Assembly: GCA_002269645.1 (NCBI GenBank)
Contig: NIVC01003599.1
Span: forward strand, 1-39,963
Length of the DNA stretch: 39,963 nucleotides
Reading direction: 5' to 3'
From: Macrostomum lignano
Lineage: Eukaryota
Made by a program: the position numbers and the translations under genes. Under the pieces are notes generated by a model. It had not been told where the DNA came from. It did no database searches and saw only the letters and a list, made by a program, of their open reading frames with translations. Positions 33,148 through 39,963 of the stretch are shown here, in pieces (position 1 is the stretch's first letter; every line of letters begins with the position of its first letter).

Positions 33148-33935
33148 GATTGCTGTAGCTGAGCTGGTAGTTTTTTAGGGTAGATTGGTAGCTGAGCTGG
33201 TAGCTTTTAAAGTGGATTTGTAGCTGAGCTGGTAGTTTTTAGGGTAGATCGGTAGCTGAGCTGGTAGTTTTTTAGGGTAGATTGGTAGCTGAGCTGGTAG
33301 CTTTTAAAAGTGGATTTGTAGCTGAGCTGGTAGTTTTTTAGGGTAGATTGGTAGCTGAACTGGTAGCTTTTAAAAGTGGATTTGTAGCTGAGCTGGTAGT
33401 TCTTTAAAGGTAGATCGGTAGCTGAACTGGTAGTTTTTTAGGGTAGATCGGTAGCTGAGCTGGTAGTTTTTAGGGTAGATCGGTAGCTGAACTGGTAGTT
33501 TTTAGGGTAGATTGGTAGCTGAACTGGTAGCTTTTAAAAGTGGATTTGTAGCTGAGCTGGTAGTTCTTTAAAGGTAGATCGGTAGCTGAACTGGTAGTTT
33601 TTTAGGGTAGATTGGTAGCTGAACTGGTAGTTTTTTAAAGACGGATTGGTAGCTGAACTGGTAGTTTTTTAGGTTGATTGGTAGCTGAACTGGTAGTTTT
33701 TCATTTTTGGATTGGTAGCTGAACTGGTAGTTTTATAAAGACGGATTGGTAGCTGAACTGGTAGATTTTTAAAGACGGATTGGTAGCTGAACTGGTAGAT
33801 TTTTAAAGACGGATTGGTAGCTGAACTGGTAGATTTTTAAAGACGGATTGGTAGCTGAACTGGTACATTTTTAAAGACGGATTGGTAGCTGAACTGGTAG
33901 ATTTTTAAAGACTGATTGGTAGCTGAACTATGGTA
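33148..33935. repeat. 32-33-bp minisatellite (gattggtagctgaactggtagtttttagggta) in a TRRAP intron
   Basis: Direct tandem array with gradual variant drift. Confidence 0.93.
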
Positions 33936-34439
33936 GATGGCAAGACTAAGAAACAAGATTTGGTAGTTAAACTGTTAGTTTTCACATGGTGGATTTTTCA
34001 GACACTGTTAATAAAGTTTTCGAATTCACAGAGTTACTTAATTTCAATTTGAATACCAAATCAACTATAAAAAAGAGATTCAATTTAAAATAAATATTCA
34101 ATTAGCAAGACTGAAACAATCTTGCCAATTGAATGAGTTGCACTATTAAAGTTCAAGTTCAGCGCCAAGTTGCTAATGTGAATAACAAGTTTACAGAGAT
34201 TCGATCCAATGCTAACTAAAAACAGGCCTTCTTAATATATATATATATATGTATATATGGTTCTAAAACACAATTAAACAGCACGCCTGCCCAGATCTAC
34301 CGAATACGCGAGTGCGCGTGTACTAACAGAATGCATTGCATCGAACCGTGGACAGGGGAGTGGGGGAGTGAGAAACCGGAGAACCGAGCTAAGCAAGCTT
34401 GAATAGCGATTGAAAGGATTAAAGATTAGATAGGCAAAT

Positions 34440-35700
34440 GATAGAGTAGAGCTTGATAGATAGAGGTGGATAGAGAGGTAGGTGGGGAGACCTATATAGA
34501 GGTAGATGACAGAGGTAAAGAGGTAGGTAAAGGGAAAAGGATAGAGGGAAGTAGAAAGAAGTAGCTAAAGAGAAGAGGATAGAGAGGTAGATAGAGTATA
34601 GAGAGATAGCTAAAGAGTAGGGGATAGAGAGCTAGGTAGATAAAGAGAAGGGGATAGAAAGGTAGCTACAGAGAGGGGGATAGAGAGGTAGCTAAAGAGA
34701 AGAGGATAGAGAGGTAGATAGAGGTATAGAGAGATAGCTAAAGAGTAGGGGATAGAGAGCTAGGTAGATAAAGAGAAGGGGATAGAAAGGTAGCTACAGA
34801 GAGGGGGATAGAGAGGTAGCTAAAGAGAAGAGGATAGAGAGGTAGATAGAGGTATAGAGAGATAGCTAAAGAGTAGGGGATAGAGAGCTAGGTAGATAAA
34901 GAGAAGGGGATAGAAAGGTAGCTACAGAGAGGGGGATAGAGAGGTAGCTAAATGAAAGAGGATTGAGAGGTAGATAAAGAGAAGGGGATAGAGAGGTAGA
35001 TAGAGAGAAGGGGATAGAGGTAGCTACAGAGAGGGAGATAGAGAGGTAGCTACAGAGAGGGAGATAGAGAGGTAACTACAGAGAAGGGGATAGAGGTAGC
35101 TAAAGAGAAGGGGATAGAGAGGTAGCTAAAGAGAAGGGGATAGAGAGGAAGCTAAAGAGAAGAGGATAGAGAGGTAGCTAAAGAGAATTGAAGAGGATAG
35201 AGAGGTAGCTAAAGAGAAGAGGATAGAGAGGTAGCTACAGAGAGGGAGATAGAGAGGTAACTACAGAGAAGGGGATAGAGGTAGCTAAAGAGAAGGGGAT
35301 AGAGAGGTAGCTAAAGAGAAGGGGATAGAGAGGAAGCTAAAGAGAAGAGGATAGAGAGGTAGCTAAAGAGAATTGAAGAGGATAGAGAGGTAGCTAAAGA
35401 GAAGAGGATAGAGAGGTAGATAAAGAGAAGGGGATAGAGAGGTAACTACAGAGAAGGGGATAGAGGTAGCTAAAGAGAAGGGGATAGAGGTAGCTAAAGA
35501 GAAGGGGATAGAGGTAGCTAAAGAGAAGGGGATAGAGGTAGCTAAAGAGAAGGGGATAGAGGTAGCTAAAGAGAAGGGGATGGAGGTAGCTAAAGAGAAG
35601 GGGATAGAGGTAGCTAAAGAGAAGGGATAGAGGTAGCTAAAGAGAAGGGATAGAGGTAGAAAGAGAGAGAGAGAGAGGGGTAAAGAAAGGGGAGATAGAC
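34440..35700. repeat. Purine-rich 24-26-bp repeat (gagaaggggatagagaggtagctaaa) with ~128-bp higher-order blocks, in a TRRAP intron
   Basis: Direct tandem array. Block starts recur at 34561, 34688 and 34816. Confidence 0.92.
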
Positions 35701-35790
35701 TGGGACGCAAACTCTCACAAGAAGCGAGTACACTACACGATGGACATCGCTCAGAGGCTGAGCCGAAACTGAGCAGGCACCAATCCTCAC

Positions 35791-36397
35791 CTGGAACAGT
35801 CCGAACTGCGCATAGCTAACGGCTTTGACCATCTCTTCGCAAGGCGCTCGAACCGACCAGATAGCGGCCAGATAGTCCTCTTCTCGCATCTCCGAATAGA
35901 TCTGCAACAGGCCCTCCTCGTAGTCGGAAGCGAATTCGCCGGCACTTCCGGTTGAAACGGCGGCCGACGAACTGGCGGTTTCGAAAGCGCCCGCGTTTCA
36001 CTCTACTGTTGCCGTAGTAGTAGTGTTCTAGTAGTAGGGTGCACTCGTGCCACATGTGAAACTGACTGCCCAGATAGCACAGCACCGGATGGGGTATGGT
36101 CCGAGTAATGTCCGGGCACTTGGTCACGCCGGACACGAATGTACGCAAGCTGGACGGGTGCACGTCCATCTGGTGACTGTGTATGCCGCTGGCGATGAAC
36201 TTCCGCACGTACGGAATCAGCTGACGGCTGACGTCTTGCCCGCCTGGCGCGCTAGTAGTAGACTCGGTGATCAGAGACCACAGCTTGGGAAATGTGGACA
36301 CGAACAGGCTGTCGGCCAGCTGATGGTCCACGTAGCAGAGAGCGGCCATGCCGTCCAGTAGGAGAGCGTTGGTGACGTCGCTTAATTCGGACATCAC
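35791..36397 (-). CDS. TRRAP: TRRAP exon (start of FAT), contains a +1 frameshift near 35997
   Basis: FPKLWSL...ASGIHSHQMDVHPSSLRTFV...VLCYLGSQFHMWHECTLLLEH, then in the next frame LLQIYSEMREEDYLAAIW...YAQFGLFQ. This resembles TRRAP (FPRLW...SGSH...QPSALNCFV...VLKYLGKTHNLW...LAELYSLLQEEDMWAGLW...YEQHGFFE). The exon length of 607 is 3n+1 between phase-0 sites. Confidence 0.88.
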
Positions 36398-36479
36398 CTT
36401 GTCCGGGGAGGGGCAGTTATTGTCCAGGTAATTAATAATAATAATTAACTGTACGTGAGTACCTGTGGTATCTATAGCT

Positions 36480-36578
36480 TGAGCTCGCTCGAAAGGAATC
36501 GAACCCGGGGGGACGGGCTTTGGCACGGCGGTCGGACTTGTTAGCATAGAGCTACGCGTATACTGCTTACTAGTACTA

Positions 36579-36642
<64 letters not shown>

Positions 36643-36730
36643 ACTACACTACTACACAACTACTATTACTACTACCTACTACTACTACCACTACCAGTAC
36701 TACTAGTACTATTACTACTACTACTATTAA

Positions 36731-36790
<60 letters not shown>

Positions 36791-37120
36791 TACCTACTAC
36801 TAATTATACCTACTAAAACTATTACTACTACTGTTAGAGTTAAAGGCAGGGATCTGCGTGCACCCTGGCGCACTTTAAGCGACATAGGCACACAACCGGC
36901 GAGAGGCATTGCTGCCCATTCCGCCGACTTCCCTGAGCAGCGCACACAAGCGCGCGGATACGTACGCAGTCATACGCACAGGCACACACTCACACAGGAG
37001 TGTACAGCGGCCCTAACCTTGTTAATTTAATATCGTTAGGGCCCCAAATTAATGTGACTGCACTTGGAATCGAGCCTGGGCTGCTAGCCGTGACTACTAT
37101 AAGACCTTTCGCTAACTATT
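36480..37120 (-). mobile_element. Possible tRNA-derived SINE remnants with a (TAG)n tract, in a TRRAP intron
   Basis: On the minus strand there is an exact B-box GGTTCGATTCC (36505-36495) with an A-box-like TAGCTCTATGCTA about 36 nt upstream, and a second B-box-like GGCTCGATTCC (37076-37066). A unique body and (TAG)n lie between them. No complete cloverleaf. Confidence 0.4.
36575..36833. repeat. (CTA)n trinucleotide microsatellite
   Basis: Direct tandem array. Confidence 0.95.
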
Positions 37121-37167
37121 ATTACTACTTACTACTATTACTAATATTGTTACTACCAGAACCCTAC

Positions 37168-38173
37168 CTGAGCGTCCCTAGCCAGCAAGGTTCCCAATCT
37201 AGCCGGATCCTCGTAGGGAAACAGCGACTCCTGAGCAGCGTTGGCTCCCGTCATGTCGTCATCGTCAGCGACTTTGCTATCGTCCTTGCTGTCGGCCTCA
37301 GTCGATGGCGCCCCAGTCACACTGTCCTGCTGATCGCAATAAAACAGCTTAGCATCTGACTCAGCCAGGGCGGCGAATTCGCTCTCAAGCCCAGCCTCCT
37401 GCTTGACAACCGGCCCAGATGACGATGAGGCGGATTCTGCACCGGTTGCGGCGCCGCCCAAGTAGCGGCCAGGCTGCGCCAGACGCACCCGCGCCTCCGG
37501 CAGAGCGGCTCGAACAAAGATTTCAAAAGCGATGGGTATCCAAAAGCAGGATCCCATTTTGTCCAACGATGCGAGACTATAAACAGTAGGCGGCTTTGCA
37601 AGCTGTTAGCGTGCGGCCCCTCGAATACCTCGGACATGTACACTCGCATGAACTTGTTCCGTATGGCCGGCTTGCCGCTGTCGACGCCCATGCAGAATGC
37701 TTGCTCCAGCTTGCCGAACATCTCCTGATTCTTGTAGTACGGCACGCTGTACACGGTGTACACCGCCTCCAAGAACTCGTCAATGATATCTTCATCGCGG
37801 ATGCGAGAATTAGAGATATTCGACATCACCTTCATTAGCAGTTGGCAGCGCTCCTTCGGCACCGGAGCCGATGCCTGATCCTCCGGCCTGGTGACGCAGA
37901 TCCACTCGCGGATTAGAGACACAATCGCTTTCAATAGTTTAGTATCGCTACTCTTCTCAATTAGATGAAGCAGCAACTGAAGGAAGCTGCGCCGTGTGTC
38001 AACTGACATGCTGTTTAATCGGCACTTGGCAATGTCGAACGAAGTAATTAACATTTCGGTCATATAGGCTCCGGTGTCGGTTGCCGTGGCATTGAATGTC
38101 TCCTTGCCATACGGTTGAGCAGCTTACCAAAGTGTGTGATCACCCGGTCAACGATAACATAGTTGCCGTCAGC
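37168..38173 (-). CDS. TRRAP: TRRAP exon, contains two -1 frameshifts (near 38102 and 37563)
   Basis: VDRVITHFGKLLNRMAR / TEMLITSFDIAKCRLNSMSVDTRRSFLQLLLHLIEKSSDTKLLKAIV...KLEQAFCMG...RLLFIV / WDKMGSCFWI resembles TRRAP (IDRLISVF..LQKMVREH / SELVMLSLELVKTRLAVMS..MRKNFI...LIEKSPDAKILRAVV...KLEPAFLSG / WEAMGNHFWI). CAG|GTAGGG donor. The acceptor at 38174 is the best but not the only phase-0 candidate. Confidence 0.88.
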
Positions 38174-38242
38174 CTGGGTCGGTGTTGGAATGATATCAAT
38201 CTTGTTGCTAGGTCTGTCTAATAAAACTATGATTACAAAAAA

Positions 38243-38470
38243 TGGGATCTTGAATCTAGAACTCGGATCCCATTAGAAAAGTTTTTCTGGGTCCTAGAAA
38301 TGGATCTAAATGTAAGACTTGGAAATGGGATCTAAGACAGGGAAATGGGATCCCATTAGAAAGTTGGGATCTAAGACCTAGTAATGGGATCTCAGTAATC
38401 TAAGTAAAATTTGGGATTTTGGATTTAGAATGAAATTTGTGATATAGGATCTTAATCTGGTTTGGGATCG
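38243..38470. repeat. Degenerate tgggatc-core repeat in a TRRAP intron
   Basis: Recurring aatgggatc/ttgggatc motifs. Confidence 0.65.
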
Positions 38471-38507
38471 AATGTTGCATACAAACAATAGATAGATTAT
38501 TCCTCAC

Positions 38508-38857
38508 CTGAGTAGCTTTGAGCAGCATGATAGACGCGAACAGTTGGCAGTGGCAGGACTATTAGTAACGCTAGTCCTCTCGTAGTGACTGAATCCGTCT
38601 AGAATTGCTTTATAAATTGTCATGTAGAATTCCACCAGCTCCGAGTGTTTAGTGAACTGATTTAATTGATCAGACTCAGGTGGGAACAGGCTAAACACTC
38701 TGGTCACTATTGGGCCCATTAGTTTCACAGCGCGCGGATTGCTAGCCTGGCGTAGACAGTTGCACAGGCCCTTGGACAGCAGGCGCATGGAGGTGAGCAG
38801 CGCGGAGCGATCCAAATGATCGAATAGTACGCGAAGTACTTCCAGAGAGGCGTTCAT
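38508..38857 (-). CDS. TRRAP: TRRAP exon, contains a -1 frameshift near 38546
   Basis: ASLEVLRVLF...LSKGLCNCL...RVFSLFPPE...IYKAILDGFSHYER, then in the shifted frame QLFASIMLLKA. This resembles TRRAP (TGLEVLSFLL...LQRGIAACM...RLMSIFPTE...VGKVIYEGLTNYEK...QLFGTLMILKS). cctAG acceptor, CAG|GTGAGG donor. Confidence 0.88.
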
Positions 38858-38904
38858 CTAGGTGGGAGATTTCGGTTTATTTACAGGCCTGATTTACAAT
38901 GTCT

Positions 38905-39355
38905 ATTTCCCTTAGAAACTACACAAATGCATCCATATTCTACTTAGCGACGACAATAATCCTTCATCCCCCTTAGCAACTACACAAATGCTTCCATATT
39001 CTACTTAGCGACGACAATAATCCTTCATTCCCCTTAGCAACTACACTAATCCCCCATTCCCCTTAGCAACTACACCAATAATCCCTATTCCCTTTAATAG
39101 CAACTACACTAATGCCCAATTTCCCTTAGCAACTACACTAATCCCTAACTTCCCTTAGCAACTACACTAATCCCCAATTTCCCTTAGCAACTACACTAAT
39201 CCCAATTCCCTTAGCAACTACACTAATCCCTAATTTCCCTTAGCAACTACACTAATCCCTATTCCCTTTAGCAACTACACTAATCCCTAATTTCCCTTAG
39301 CAACTACACTAATCCCTATTCCCTTTAGCAACTACAATAATCCCTCATTTCCCTT
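38905..39355. repeat. 28-30-bp minisatellite (cccttagcaactacactaatcccaattt) in a TRRAP intron
   Basis: Direct tandem array. Confidence 0.92.
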
Positions 39356-39399
39356 ATAACTATAGGAATCTCAGAAGTACACAATAGGAAATATTTTAC

Positions 39400-39696
39400 C
39401 TGAGCAGTCTGCACCGAATTAGCGCCCCTAGTCTCTAACGGTACGTTGAGAATCCGATCGAAGAATGACAATTTCAAGTCGGTATCCGGCCACCATTCCG
39501 GAGACAGCAGAGTCTGGATCAGCTGTATTGGACGCTTAGTCCACAATTCGTTGGCCTAAATTGTTCACATTGCCGTCGACGATGTACACCGCGAAGCGCA
39601 TCAAGGGCGTAGACTATTTGATCTTTAGTGCACTTGTCGAATGGCTTGCTGGCGGCAGCGGCGGCGGCGGCGGCTCCAGCGGCTGATGTCGCTGAA
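39400..39696 (-). CDS. TRRAP: 5'-most TRRAP exon in the window, contains two +1 frameshifts (near 39606 and 39555). The gene continues beyond the window.
   Basis: SKPFDKCTKDQIVYA / LMRFAVYIVD / ANELWTKRPIQLIQTLLSPEWWPDTDLKLSFFDRIL resembles TRRAP (KPIDKQHTDTVVNF / LIRVACQVND / PGEVLSRRCVNLLKTALRPDMWPKSELKLQWFDKLL). CAG|GTAAAA donor, tttAG acceptor at 39697. Confidence 0.82.
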
Positions 39697-39872
39697 CTAA
39701 AGCCAGTGTGTTGAGCACTTCGATTTAGTTTTATAAGCCTATTAAAACTAATAGAGAATTAGCGAGACTGAAACGGAGATTTCTAGAGGAAGAATCTAAA
39801 ACTAGCTCGTACGAGCGGAAGTATTATTGAGACATTAGGAGGCTGGCAGCGGTCTGACTAGCAGTCCGACAC

Positions 39873-39876
<4 letters not shown>

Positions 39877-39951
<75 letters not shown>
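39877..39951. repeat. (GA)n microsatellite
   Basis: Direct tandem array at the window end. Confidence 0.97.
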
Positions 39952-39963
39952 TCCCACATTGAG

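Noticed and set aside
10050-35700. CRISPR-like arrays among the 28-34-bp repeats
   Set aside because: Units are directly adjacent with no unique spacers, there are no cas genes, and the context is a spliced eukaryotic locus.
36480-36560. Functional tRNA gene
   Set aside because: Only the T-arm motif is convincing. Acceptor and anticodon stems cannot be formed, so it is treated as SINE-like.
38104-38128. 25-nt micro-intron (GTAAGC...AAG) to explain the 38102 frameshift
   Set aside because: It is too short, the phase does not restore the frame, and it would remove residues that align with TRRAP (KLLNRMAR).
3505-39696. Operon of TRRAP, EPDR-like and SURF4 (all minus strand)
   Set aside because: Intergenic gaps of about 6 and 10 kb contain satellites and a LINE, and co-orientation of three genes is expected by chance often enough.

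Overview
Eukaryotic (animal, probably invertebrate) genomic DNA. GC-rich exons are separated by AT-rich or tandem-repeat-filled introns. This style resembles repeat-rich flatworm assemblies such as Macrostomum, but the species is inferred only. Three spliced protein genes lie on the minus strand. (1) SURF4/Erv29-family ER cargo receptor: 3 exons, about 275 aa, ending in KKDW. (2) A two-exon secreted protein of about 303 aa with an ependymin-related (EPDR)-like Cys pattern. (3) The 3' roughly 1,800 codons of TRRAP/Tra1: 11 exons covering the HEAT region, FAT, PI3K-like pseudokinase and FATC, with the 5' part outside the window. The four 5'-most TRRAP exons carry six single-base frameshifts at short homopolymers, and one intron has a GC donor. 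Each of the ten TRRAP introns holds a different mini- or microsatellite, and one family recurs in a SURF4 intron. Also present are a 28S rRNA fragment, a decayed 5'-truncated RTE-like LINE just upstream of SURF4, SINE-like and MITE-like remnants, and several intergenic satellite arrays. Most long ORFs in the supplied track are repeat artefacts. I found no CRISPR array or prokaryotic system and no convincing wholly new system. The most notable items are the EPDR-like gene, the intron-specific satellite architecture and the TRRAP frameshift gradient.
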